This document shows, piece by piece, positions 22,140-31,462 of a DNA stretch of 64,000 bases. The notes beneath the pieces were generated by a model. That model had not been told where the DNA came from. It ran no database searches and saw nothing but the letters and a program-made list of their open reading frames with translations. Made by a program: the position numbers and the translations under genes. Source of the DNA: Vulcanimicrobiota bacterium. Lineage in GTDB: Bacteria > Vulcanimicrobiota > Vulcanimicrobiia > Vulcanimicrobiales > Vulcanimicrobiaceae. The stretch is taken from assembly GCA_963833095.1 (NCBI GenBank), contig CAWHWQ010000003.1, positions 32,001 through 96,000 on the forward strand, written 5' to 3'. Numbering within the stretch: the first letter of the stretch is position 1; each line of letters opens with the position of its first letter.

Positions 22140-23567
22140 GTGCCTCTCTACGCTGAGCCTCGGGCTTTGCTCGAGGGTGAATTTCCTCTTAGCTCACCAG
22201 AAGCGCTAGCGCTGATACCGCACGCCTTGGCGGTCCGGCACGCGGTTCTTGCCAGCCGCGTCGACGGCGACGAGCTACACATCATCGTTCCGGCTCCCTG
22301 CGACGAGAGCCTCATCGACCGCGTGCACGCCCTGACCGGCCTACGCATCGTTGCGGCCGAGGCGCCGCGCGAAGCCATTCGCAATCGCATCGCCGGCTAT
22401 TACGCGCGACCGGAGCTCGTGTCTGACGAACAAGCGGACGATCCGCCGGCGATACGTGCGGTCGATCGGCTCCACGAAATTGCGCTGCGGCTGCGCGCAT
22501 CCGACATTCATTTAGAGCCGGTTCGCACCGGTGGCCGCGTGCGGCTGCGAGTCGACGGCATCCTCCGCGAGAGCGATCAAATGCCGCGCGAGCTTTTTGC
22601 GTCGATGGTTTCGCGCGTTAAACTTCTCGCGGCAATAGATATTGCCGAACGTCGCTTGCCGCAAGACGGACGCTACCTGCTTGAGCGAGGGGGTCGAACG
22701 CTCGACGCGCGCGTTTCGTCGATGCCGACGATTGCCGGGGAAAAACTGGTGATTCGTCTGCTCGACATGCAGGCGGAGGTTCCCGGGCTTGCTTCGCTTG
22801 GAATGAGTGCGGCGATGCTTGCGCGGTACCGGCAAGCGATCCACGCTGCTCACGGCTTCATCGTGGTCTGCGGTCCGACGGGGAGTGGAAAAACCACGAC
22901 GCTTTATGCCTCACTGGCCGAGCGAAATCTCGATGGTCAGCATATCTGCACGGTAGAGGATCCGGTCGAAGTTCAGATGGCGGGCGTGGCGCAGGTACAG
23001 GTAAACGTGAAAGCGGGCCTGACGTTTGCCTCCGCGCTCCGCGCCTTTCTCCGGCAGGATCCGAACGTGATCATGCTCGGCGAGATGCGCGACGCTGAGT
23101 CGGCAAGCGTTGCATTGTCCGCCGCGCTGTCCGGTCAGCTCGTCATGACGACGCTGCATGCCGGCGATGCGCCTCGCGCGGTTGAGCGTCTGGTGGAATT
23201 CGGTTTGAATCGGCACACACTCGCGGCCGGGCTCTCGGCCATCGTGTCGCAACGGCTCGTGCGCCGGCTTTGCACGGGTTGCCGTCGCCACGTTCCCGGC
23301 GCGCGAGGTCCGGCGTTCGAGTCGTCGGGCTGTACCCGCTGCGATGGCTCCGGTTATCGCGGGCGCGTTGCCATCTTCGAGTTCTTACCGATGACGAATG
23401 CCGTTCGATCTGCAGTTGGGCGGGGGGAGACCGCTCTTGAGCTGGCTGAACTGGCGTCGCGAGCGGGCTACGAGCCGATGTTGACTGAGGGCTTGCAGCT
23501 CGTGGCTCGCGGCGAAACGTCACGAAGCGAACTCGAGCGCGTTCTCGGATCGGGCGAGGTGCAATGA
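22140..23567 (+). CDS. pilB: Type IV pilus assembly ATPase PilB/GspE family
   Basis: ASDIHLEP, RLPQDGR, GPTGSGKTTTLY, LRQDPNVIMLGEMRD, QRLVRRLC..C Zn motif, GYRGR. Confidence 0.92.
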   Translation: MPLYAEPRALLEGEFPLSSPEALALIPHALAVRHAVLASRVDGDELHIIVPAPCDESLIDRVHALTGLRIVAAEAPREAIRNRIAGYYARPELVSDEQADDPPAIRAVDRLHEIALRLRASDIHLEPVRTGGRVRLRVDGILRESDQMPRELFASMVSRVKLLAAIDIAERRLPQDGRYLLERGGRTLDARVSSMPTIAGEKLVIRLLDMQAEVPGLASLGMSAAMLARYRQAIHAAHGFIVVCGPTGSGKTTTLYASLAERNLDGQHICTVEDPVEVQMAGVAQVQVNVKAGLTFASALRAFLRQDPNVIMLGEMRDAESASVALSAALSGQLVMTTLHAGDAPRAVERLVEFGLNRHTLAAGLSAIVSQRLVRRLCTGCRRHVPGARGPAFESSGCTRCDGSGYRGRVAIFEFLPMTNAVRSAVGRGETALELAELASRAGYEPMLTEGLQLVARGETSRSELERVLGSGEVQ

Positions 23568-24643
23568 GCGCGACAATTCCGCACATTCGCCTCGTTGACG
23601 TATTGCACGTTGGCCGCCAGCAAGACGCGTCAGATATCCATTTTGTTCCAGAGCTTTGTCCGGCGCTGCGCGTCGATGGCGAACTGCAGTTCCTTACCGG
23701 TTCGCCGCTGTCTGCGGAAGACACGATGGAAATCGCGCGCGCGCTTTTGGAGCCTGAGGCGCTAGCTCGCCTCGAGGCCGGCAATGATGTCTCCGCGACG
23801 CGGCTCACCGACGATCGACTCGTGCTGCGCGTCTACGCGTTTCGCGGGTCGCAGGGGTGTACGCTCGCAATTCGCTTGCTCGACAAGCGCATCCCAACGC
23901 TCGAATCCCTCCAGCTCCCGCCGGTCGTGGCGACGCTGGCGCAACGCGATCGCGGGTTGGTCATTTTCGCCGGACCGACCGGAAGTGGCAAGTCGACGTC
24001 GCTCGCCGCGCTCATCGCCGAGATCAACGCAGCCTCGGCTCGGCGGATTATTACGATCGAAGACCCGATCGAGTACCGGTACGACAGCCTACGATCGCTG
24101 ATCACGCAGCGTGAAGTCGGCAGGGACACGCCGTCCTTCGCTGCGGGACTGCTTGGGACGTTGCGCGCCGATCCGGACGTGATAATGCTCGGGGAGATGC
24201 GGGAGAGCGCGACCATGCGAGCGGCGCTTACTGCGGCCGAAACCGGACATCTCGTCTTTACCACGCTCCACACGGGCAGCGCCGTCCAAACGATCGAGCG
24301 GATCACCGATGCGTTCGGCGGCGCGGAGCAGGCACAGGTACGGTCGCAACTAGCGCAGTCGCTGACCGCCGTCGTTTGCCAGCGCCTTCTTCCACGCAAA
24401 CGTGGGCCCGGACGTCGCGCGGCCGTCGAAGTGCTTCTGGTCAACGACGCGGTTCGCGCGATGATTCGAGAATCGAAGACGCACCTTATCCGCAACGCGA
24501 TGACCACAGGACGCCAACTGGGCATGCAGACGCTCGAGCATCACTTGAGCGAGCTCGTGCTGGGTAGCGAGATCGACCGCGATTCTGCACGGCGCGTGAG
24601 CGAGCGATTCGAGGACGTCGCGATTGACCGGCAGGTAGGGTAA
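23564..24643 (+). CDS. pilT: Type IV pilus retraction ATPase PilT
   Basis: ASDIHF, GPTGSGKSTSLAA, AAETGHLVFTTLHT, AVRAMIRE (AIRNLIRE-like), GMQT. Confidence 0.9.
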   Translation: MSATIPHIRLVDVLHVGRQQDASDIHFVPELCPALRVDGELQFLTGSPLSAEDTMEIARALLEPEALARLEAGNDVSATRLTDDRLVLRVYAFRGSQGCTLAIRLLDKRIPTLESLQLPPVVATLAQRDRGLVIFAGPTGSGKSTSLAALIAEINAASARRIITIEDPIEYRYDSLRSLITQREVGRDTPSFAAGLLGTLRADPDVIMLGEMRESATMRAALTAAETGHLVFTTLHTGSAVQTIERITDAFGGAEQAQVRSQLAQSLTAVVCQRLLPRKRGPGRRAAVEVLLVNDAVRAMIRESKTHLIRNAMTTGRQLGMQTLEHHLSELVLGSEIDRDSARRVSERFEDVAIDRQVG

Positions 24644-24649
24644 TCGAGC

Positions 24650-25870
24650 GTGGCATCGATCTACGCGTATACGGCACGCGACGGCGACGGAGGCTTCGTC
24701 GCCGGCTCGCTCAGGGCTGACAACCGTGACCAGGCGCTAGCGCATCTGCGCACTCGGACCTTGTATGTAACATCGATCGCCCCGGCGGATTCGGCGCCCG
24801 CGATGATCGGATCGATCGTCACGGGATGGCCCGTGTCGTCTGCCGCGCGCACCGCGTTCTTTCGTTCGTTTGCAACCTTGATTCGGGCGGGAGTGCCGAT
24901 TCGACGGGCGCTCGACGTGGTCGTGGAGAGTTGCCGCGATGCTCGTTTGCGCGAAGCGTTGCGCTCCGTCTCGAGCGATATCGAGTCGGGCAGCGAGCTA
25001 TCGACCGCGATGTCGAGGCGGCCACGTGAATTTCCGCGCCTCTTCGCCGCGATGATTCGCGCCGGCGAACTTGGGGGCGCGCTCGACGAGATCCTCGAAC
25101 GTTTGGCGACGCTTCTCGAGCGTCATCTGGCGGTTCGCAAGAAGGTTCGTTCTGCGTTAGCCTATCCGCTTATTGTTGCGACTGCCGCACTGGCACTCGT
25201 GCTTTTTCTCGTCGGGAGCACGGTACCGGCATTTGCGTCGATGTTCGCAGAGATGCACGTAGCGCTGCCGTGGTCGACCCGGGTGCTCATCGCGGCCGGG
25301 GGAGCGTTGAAGAATCCCCTCGTTTGGGTTGGGCTTGCCGCGCTTCCGCCGGCGATCATCGCGCTGATCCGGGTCGGACGGCGGGAGGAGCGTATTGCGC
25401 TACGGATCGACCAGCTCTCGCTTGCAACACCGCCTTTTGGCGGGATTCTTCGCAAAGCCGTCGTCGCGCGGTTTTCGCGAACGCTCGGCACGTTGCTGCG
25501 ATCCGGTGTGCCGCTGCTAGAGGCTCTGGACGCGGCGAATGACGTCGTCGAGAACGCCGTGTATTCGCGCCTCACGCGCGACCTCTCGGAAGCATTGCGC
25601 GAGGGAACCTCGATCGCAGAGGCTCTTGAACGCAGATCCCTGTTCGAAGGGCTGGTCCTTCAGCTCGTTCGCGTCGGGGAGGAAACCGGAACGCTCGACG
25701 CGATGCTGTTGCGCATTGCCGATTACTATGAGCTCGACGTGGAAACAGCAGTTGCAACTCTTGGCAGCGTGATCGAGCCGATTTTGATCATCGGGCTCGG
25801 CGCACTTGTCGGCCTCATCGTGGCCTCGATCCTGATTCCTGTCTACTCAATGATCGGAAGCATCAAATGA
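24650..25870 (+). CDS. pilC: Type IV pilus platform protein PilC (T2SS F family)
   Basis: Two GspF repeats (AGELGG.LD..LERLA, VGEETGTLD.ML), ALAYP, IEPILI. Confidence 0.92.
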   Translation: MASIYAYTARDGDGGFVAGSLRADNRDQALAHLRTRTLYVTSIAPADSAPAMIGSIVTGWPVSSAARTAFFRSFATLIRAGVPIRRALDVVVESCRDARLREALRSVSSDIESGSELSTAMSRRPREFPRLFAAMIRAGELGGALDEILERLATLLERHLAVRKKVRSALAYPLIVATAALALVLFLVGSTVPAFASMFAEMHVALPWSTRVLIAAGGALKNPLVWVGLAALPPAIIALIRVGRREERIALRIDQLSLATPPFGGILRKAVVARFSRTLGTLLRSGVPLLEALDAANDVVENAVYSRLTRDLSEALREGTSIAEALERRSLFEGLVLQLVRVGEETGTLDAMLLRIADYYELDVETAVATLGSVIEPILIIGLGALVGLIVASILIPVYSMIGSIK

Positions 25871-26541
25871 TTGCCATTGACTCCGAACGCGAACGAACGA
25901 TTCATGAGTATCGATACCTGTGCGCGCGTGGCGCCAGAAAATTTATGCGCGACGGTATTGACCGAAGGGATCTCGAGCAGGTCGCCGCGATCGGCTTGAT
26001 CAAGGCAGCGGACCGCTTCGATCCAAGCATCGGCACGCCGTTCGAGGCGTATGCGTGGATGCTGGTGCTCGGTGAACTGATGCACTACGTGCGCGACAGC
26101 GAGCGGGCCGTTCGCGCACCGAGGCGTATGCGGGACCTTGAGCGCCGTTGCGGAGCGGCGGAGCGCGAGCTCTGGGCACAGCTTGGTCGCGAGCCCAAGG
26201 CGCAGGAACTGGCCCATTACCTTGGCGTGAGTGAGGGCGAGTTTCGCGAGATGATACGCTACCGTGATGAAGGCACGCCATTGTCGGTGGACGCCTTGCG
26301 CCCCTACGAGCAGCTCGCGTTATCGTACACGATCGACAGTCAGCTCGACCGCGTGCTCATCGAATCGGGACTCGCGTTGCTCTCAGAGGTCGAGCGCGAG
26401 ATCCTGCGAGAGATTTACGAAAACGACACGCCCATTGGAGAGATTGCGCAACGCTTGGGATACTCGCGGCGGCATATCACGCGTTTGCATCGTGCTGCAT
26501 TGCGGAAATTACAACCGCACGCACGTCCCATCAGCGCGTGA
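25867..26541 (+). CDS. Sigma-70 group 3 factor, SigB/SigF/SigG-like
   Basis: DLEQVAAIGLIKAADRFDP...F..YA...GEL.HY.RD (region 2), QLGREP (region 3), EIAQRLGYSRRHITRL (region 4). Confidence 0.88.
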   Translation: MIAIDSERERTIHEYRYLCARGARKFMRDGIDRRDLEQVAAIGLIKAADRFDPSIGTPFEAYAWMLVLGELMHYVRDSERAVRAPRRMRDLERRCGAAERELWAQLGREPKAQELAHYLGVSEGEFREMIRYRDEGTPLSVDALRPYEQLALSYTIDSQLDRVLIESGLALLSEVEREILREIYENDTPIGEIAQRLGYSRRHITRLHRAALRKLQPHARPISA

Positions 26542-26589
26542 TCTTGGCACTGAACTCTGTTGAGGGCGCAGGCCGGAAACGGAGGGCGG

Positions 26590-27048
26590 ATGTCACGTAC
26601 GGGAGAGCGCGGGTTCACACTGATCGAGATGATGATCGTCGTGGCGATCATTGCGATTCTGGTTGCGATCTTGGTCCCGAATTTTATGCGTGCCCGTGCC
26701 CAAGCGCAGACTGCGGCATGCGAAGCGAACCTCAAAGAAATTGCCACGGCCCTCGAGGAATACGAAACCGATCACGAGGCATATCCGGACGTTACGACGG
26801 CAACGAACGTCACCTCTACCGACACGAATCTCGGTCAATACTTGCGCCAAACGCCAATCGACCCGGTTGATCCGAGCGGTTTCTACCAGTACCAAGTCGC
26901 GAACTACAACACCGGAAATGCCAGCTACACGATCATCTGCCCCGGACAACACGACCCCGCGACCCTAGCGGCAGTCGGCGGGGGTACGTCGGCGACGCAC
27001 ATCCAGTACGCATCGGGGACTGGATTCACCGCCGTCGCGAGTCAATAG
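26590..27048 (+). CDS. Type IV (pseudo)pilin with class III signal peptide
   Basis: GGAGG RBS; RG|FTLIEMMIVVAIIAILVAI prepilin cleavage motif; two Cys. Confidence 0.92.
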   Translation: MSRTGERGFTLIEMMIVVAIIAILVAILVPNFMRARAQAQTAACEANLKEIATALEEYETDHEAYPDVTTATNVTSTDTNLGQYLRQTPIDPVDPSGFYQYQVANYNTGNASYTIICPGQHDPATLAAVGGGTSATHIQYASGTGFTAVASQ

Positions 27049-27049
27049 C

Positions 27050-27661
27050 ATGAACGCGCTGATCGTGGCGTCGGCATTCGGCGCAGGTTTAGCGACGAGC
27101 ATTGGACCATGCGTGGCGCCGCGCTATCTCGCCTTAGCAGCAATTGTGGCGGATGCAAGCGGACGCGCCAAGTGGTTGCGCGTTGCAGCCTTTGTTGCGG
27201 GATTGGTGCTCTGCTACGGCGTGCTGGCCGTAACGGCGTCGTTCATCGGAACGTTGGTGGCTTTCTCGCCGCTGATCTACCTCGGCCTTGCGGCATGCTT
27301 TTTGTACGTTGGTCTACGAGCGCTCGCCGTTCGCCAAAGCTGTACGCATCAGCGCCAGCAGGATCGCTCGGCCGGCAGGGCGCTGCTCACGGGCGGTGCA
27401 CTGGGCTTGGTCGTTTCACCTTGCTGCACACCGATTGTCGCGACGATGGCCGGTGTTGCCTCGGTCTCCGGGTCGCCGCTTGCGTCATTCACGGTAGCGC
27501 TCGCGTTTGCGCTAGGACACATCGCGCCGCTCGCGAGCGTCGGTTTAGGGTTGCCTTGGAGTGCGCGGCTTGCCGCAGGTCCGGAGCTTCAAAGCGCGTC
27601 GAGCGTCATCGGCGCCGGCATATCGCTTGCACTCGCCGGCTATTATGGGCTTTTGGCATGA
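27050..27661 (+). CDS. CcdA/DsbD-type transmembrane thiol-disulfide electron transporter
   Basis: About six TM helices with the paired Cys motifs TSIGPCVAP and VSPCCTP. Confidence 0.75.
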   Translation: MNALIVASAFGAGLATSIGPCVAPRYLALAAIVADASGRAKWLRVAAFVAGLVLCYGVLAVTASFIGTLVAFSPLIYLGLAACFLYVGLRALAVRQSCTHQRQQDRSAGRALLTGGALGLVVSPCCTPIVATMAGVASVSGSPLASFTVALAFALGHIAPLASVGLGLPWSARLAAGPELQSASSVIGAGISLALAGYYGLLA

Positions 27662-28191
27662 TTGCGTGGAGATCATCGTTACGTCGATTGCTTCTCGTGT
27701 TGATCGCGCTCGCATGTGCGTGGCCGATGCTTCGTCCGGCGATCTCCTCCGCTTTGGTGACAAGGGGCGATGCGCTACTTTACGCTCGCGACACCCGCGC
27801 GCAAATGAAGTATCGCTTGGCCCTGCAGATTGATCCGGGAAATATTGTTGCTGCAGATCGCTATGTCTTCGCCGCATTTCTCCTGCGGACAAACGCTGAG
27901 CTCGAAGATGGCGTCAGGGTAGCGGATCTTGTGTTGCTCAATTACCCAGGTGCGATAAGGGTGCGCATGGATCGCGCCCTGTGCCTTCAACGACTCAGGA
28001 AGTATGCGTTGGCCGAGCGCGATTTCGAACGTGTCGGGGAACAGCGCGGTGACGTTCAAGCGCTGGCGCTGGCTGCGTCGGATGCGGCGAGATCTTCGGA
28101 TTCGGCAAAGGCGAAGCGATTGTTGCGCCTAGCCGAACGTATCGACCCGAAATACACTCCCGTTCGAGTAGCACTGACGAGAGTTCGCTGA
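27658..28191 (+). CDS. Membrane-anchored TPR-like protein
   Basis: N-terminal hydrophobic helix; ALQIDP, RALCL...YALAERDF and AERIDP TPR-like ends; overlaps both neighbours. Confidence 0.7.
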   Translation: MIAWRSSLRRLLLVLIALACAWPMLRPAISSALVTRGDALLYARDTRAQMKYRLALQIDPGNIVAADRYVFAAFLLRTNAELEDGVRVADLVLLNYPGAIRVRMDRALCLQRLRKYALAERDFERVGEQRGDVQALALAASDAARSSDSAKAKRLLRLAERIDPKYTPVRVALTRVR

Positions 28192-28781
28192 TGGGGTCAT
28201 CGACTGCTCTTGCACTCTTTGGCGCGTTGCTGCTCTTGCTGGCGATGGCGGCCCGTGCCCGAAGCGATGCCGTAACGCTGCTGCGGCCGGCGATTGTGAT
28301 CCTGACTACCGGTGCGGTGTTGGCGATCCTCTTGGCCGATCGCCGCGGCACGCCGATCTCGGTCTGCGCTATTGCGGCCCTGGCGTGCGCCGTGGTGTCC
28401 GCCGCAAGCGATCTCGCGACGGGCTTGGTCTTCGATCGAGTAACGGTTATCGCGGCGATCGCGATTGTATTCGGGTCGGTCGCCGGCCGCTGCCCCTCCG
28501 TCGCGTTGATCGGTGCGGGCGCGTGTGCGGGCTCAATGCTGACACTGTATGCGGCAACGCGCGGGTGCGGCATTGGGCTTGGTGACGTAAAGCTCAGTGG
28601 CGTCATCGGCGCAGGGCTTGGTGGGGTAGCGTCTCTTGGAGCCATCGGCACGGCGTTTGTCGCCGGAGCACTTTGGGCGGCTCCACTGCTGATCTTCAAG
28701 CGCGTGCGGTCCGGCGACCGTGTTGCCTTTGCGCCGTTCTTAGCCATTGGAGCAATCGCGTGTACGGCCTTAGGCTGGTGA
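28191..28781 (+). CDS. Prepilin peptidase (A24), without the N-terminal Zn/methylase domain
   Basis: SDL..GLVFD, GIGLGDVKL and VAFAPFL motifs. Confidence 0.82.
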   Translation: MGSSTALALFGALLLLLAMAARARSDAVTLLRPAIVILTTGAVLAILLADRRGTPISVCAIAALACAVVSAASDLATGLVFDRVTVIAAIAIVFGSVAGRCPSVALIGAGACAGSMLTLYAATRGCGIGLGDVKLSGVIGAGLGGVASLGAIGTAFVAGALWAAPLLIFKRVRSGDRVAFAPFLAIGAIACTALGW

Positions 28782-28787
28782 GCCGCG

Positions 28788-29765
28788 ATGGCTGATTGGA
28801 AGCTGCTTCCGCTTGGCATCGATTTGGGATCGACACGCGCACGCATCGCGTGCGGTGAATCAAATCGCGAAGGTGCGGTTCGTATTCGAGCCATCGTCGC
28901 GCGCGACGTCCCCAGTGACGCCATTTCGCCGTTGCAAGTCGAACAACCCGAGCTCGTTGCAGCGGTAATCGAGGAGATGATCGCGGAGATCGGCACGCGC
29001 GAGCGCCGTTGCGTGCTTGCAGTTGGTGCTCCGGCCTGTGTCTTGCGTACCGTGCGTCTCCCGAAAATGAGCTGGCCAGAGCGACTGCGAGCAGCGCGCT
29101 TCGAGGCGCAGCGTTTCGCCGGTCGGGATCCCGACGAGGAAGAGGCCATCGTGCGCACCCATCCCGTCGACCGGTCCGCCGGTACTTTTGCGATCGGCGT
29201 TACGCAGCCGTTGAGCATCGACTCGCGCGTAGGCGCCGTTCGGTCGGCCGGATTGCGCGCTGTCGCGATCGACCACGATGCATTCGCGATGCGCCGAATC
29301 TTTCCCGATTGCGATGCGATCGTCGACGTCGGGTCGGAGCGCTGTAGTGTTCATCTTTTTGGAGTGTCGGGACCAATGTCGCTCACCACGCAAACCGGCG
29401 GGGCAACCATCACCCGCGGTATCGCCGCCGAGCTTTCGATCGACATGCCCACTGCGGAACGTCGTAAGCGTATCCTCGGCTGTGCCGGCGCGGGACAAAC
29501 GGCGAGCGATGAAGTCGTGGCGGCGATTGCGTCACTCGTCGATCGAGCGCGGTCACGCGGTGCGGTCGCACGCATCGCCGTTACCGGCAACGGCGCGCGC
29601 CTGCCAAACTTCGCGCGCGACCTCGAAGAAGCCACGAGCGCGGTGACAGAAATGCCCGTTCCAGAGGTGCTGCACACCGGAGCCTATCCCGACGATGTGG
29701 TACGGGCCGCCGCGCCGGATTGGGCGCTGGCTGCGAGCCTTGCGCTGTGGAGCGTCGCAGCGTAG
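28788..29765 (+). CDS. pilM: PilM-like actin-fold protein
   Basis: LGIDLGS, IVDVGS, GGATIT, VTGNGARL motifs and operon position. Confidence 0.82.
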   Translation: MADWKLLPLGIDLGSTRARIACGESNREGAVRIRAIVARDVPSDAISPLQVEQPELVAAVIEEMIAEIGTRERRCVLAVGAPACVLRTVRLPKMSWPERLRAARFEAQRFAGRDPDEEEAIVRTHPVDRSAGTFAIGVTQPLSIDSRVGAVRSAGLRAVAIDHDAFAMRRIFPDCDAIVDVGSERCSVHLFGVSGPMSLTTQTGGATITRGIAAELSIDMPTAERRKRILGCAGAGQTASDEVVAAIASLVDRARSRGAVARIAVTGNGARLPNFARDLEEATSAVTEMPVPEVLHTGAYPDDVVRAAAPDWALAASLALWSVAA

Positions 29766-30319
29766 TGCGTTTCAACTATTTGCGCGACAGCGAGCCCGAT
29801 GCATTCGAGTACCTTCGGCCGAGCCGAATTCCCGAGCCGCTGCGGACGCCGCTTGCGGCACTTGCTACGATTGTGGTCATCGTTGGCGCGTGGTGGGTCA
29901 TCGAGCAGATGTTACTTGGGCAGGCGCGCGACGAGCTGCAACTGCAAACGTTGCGGCTGAATGCCAGTAAAGTCGAGCTGAGCGAACTCAAATTACGTAA
30001 GACCCGCGTGGAGGCGTTGCTCGCGATCGACACGCGGCTTCGCGAGATTCGTCGCTCTGGGGCGGCGCTTTCAAGCGGCGTTGCCGACATTGCCAATCAC
30101 GTACCGGCGCGCGCCTGGCTTACAAGCATTGTACACGTCGACACCGGGATTCAGATCGACGGTCGCGCTGAAGGACTTGACGGCCTCAGCGATACGGTCG
30201 CCGATTTGATGTCGAGTTCGAGTGCAGCGTCTCCGGACCTCATTCGCGCGAGCAAAGAGAATCGCGATCGTTCGGGCACGATCGTCTCGTTTGAAGTGCG
30301 TGTGAGAGCGACGCGATGA
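29765..30319 (+). CDS. pilN: PilN-like protein
   Basis: N-terminal FNYL, TM helix, coiled coil, VP.RAWLTSI...IQIDGRA. Confidence 0.78.
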   Translation: MRFNYLRDSEPDAFEYLRPSRIPEPLRTPLAALATIVVIVGAWWVIEQMLLGQARDELQLQTLRLNASKVELSELKLRKTRVEALLAIDTRLREIRRSGAALSSGVADIANHVPARAWLTSIVHVDTGIQIDGRAEGLDGLSDTVADLMSSSSAASPDLIRASKENRDRSGTIVSFEVRVRATR

Positions 30320-30945
30320 AGGTGGGAGGAGCGCTCACGATGTCCGCCGGCATTCGGATCGTTTGGATGCTCGGTGCGGCGATATTCCTCGGCATCGGCG
30401 TTGGCCTCGTGTGGTGGCCGGCATCGCAGACAATAGCGGCGCTCAAATCGCAGGCAAAGAGCCTGTACGACGAAGCCAACCAGAACGAAGCCGATGTTCG
30501 GCATGCCGCCGAACTGCACTCGCTTGCCAAACGTGTGTCGGACGATGTGCGGGTGCTCTCAGGACAGGGCTCGCAAAGCGCGCTAACGGCTGCGACACTG
30601 AGCTTGCTCAATCGCGAAGCGCGTGCCTTCGGCATCGATGTGCGGTCGATCGTGCCGGCGCCGGCATCTTCGCCCACACCGCCCGTGCAGGGGAAAAGCG
30701 CTTCGAGTAGCGCCCTCGAGGGAACCCCAGTCGAGATCGATGTTCGTGGCAGATTTCGAGACGTGCTCGGCTTCGTCTCAGACCTGCCGCGTCACAATGT
30801 TCTCATCGATGTAAGCGACTTGAACCTTGCTGACGACGGAGACCGTTCGGTCAAGCCGGTTCTGAGTGCGAAAATTCACGCCACCGTTTTCCGCTATCGA
30901 GGCATCGCGGAAGAAGGGACGCAACATGCTTCCGGCACTTTATGA
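30316..30945 (+). CDS. pilO: PilO-like protein
   Basis: TM helix, coiled coil, PVEIDVRGRFRDVLGFVSDL. Confidence 0.75.
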   Translation: MKVGGALTMSAGIRIVWMLGAAIFLGIGVGLVWWPASQTIAALKSQAKSLYDEANQNEADVRHAAELHSLAKRVSDDVRVLSGQGSQSALTAATLSLLNREARAFGIDVRSIVPAPASSPTPPVQGKSASSSALEGTPVEIDVRGRFRDVLGFVSDLPRHNVLIDVSDLNLADDGDRSVKPVLSAKIHATVFRYRGIAEEGTQHASGTL

Positions 30946-31462
30946 CGACGACCGCCGCTCGCTCGCGCGGCTATCGACGATGTTGATTATCGCAGCGATC
31001 GGCGTATTGCCGCTGACAACACAGAGTTCGTCGGTTGCCGGTGCTGCCGACGTGCGTACGCAGGCAAATCTATCGGATCTTTCCCTACCACCACGTCTCA
31101 CATTTCCGGCATATTCGGTCAGCCGGGATCCCTTCGTTCCCGAGCAGTCGATTCGCGCAAGGCTCGATGGCAGCGCGTTGCGCGTCGGACAAGGGAGCGA
31201 GATTGGAGTCGTCTTGCCGCCGAACGCGGGCGCCGAGCAAAATGGTACGATCGGCTCCATGAGCGGCGCATTGCCAAGCGCACCGATCGTTCGCGCGATC
31301 GTTCTCGGGAATCCGGCCCGCGCGCTCGTGGAGGACGGCAGCAGCGTACGCGTGCTGGGCGTCGGGGATCGCATCGGCGATCTTGCCGTCGCGTCCATAA
31401 CCCCGGAGGGTATTACGCTCTCGGACGGGACGCGATTGTTGTTGGACGTGACCCATCGATGA
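30926..31462 (+). CDS. PilP-like protein
   Basis: RDPF motif and C-terminal beta domain (ALVE...LGVGDRIG...SITPEGI); lies between pilO and the secretin. Confidence 0.6.
   Translation: MLPALYDDDRRSLARLSTMLIIAAIGVLPLTTQSSSVAGAADVRTQANLSDLSLPPRLTFPAYSVSRDPFVPEQSIRARLDGSALRVGQGSEIGVVLPPNAGAEQNGTIGSMSGALPSAPIVRAIVLGNPARALVEDGSSVRVLGVGDRIGDLAVASITPEGITLSDGTRLLLDVTHR

Noticed and set aside
26590..27048. Electrically conductive pilin linked to cytochrome c biogenesis
   Set aside because: The pilin is long with only moderate aromatic content, and no c-type cytochrome or other ccm/ccs gene is in the window.
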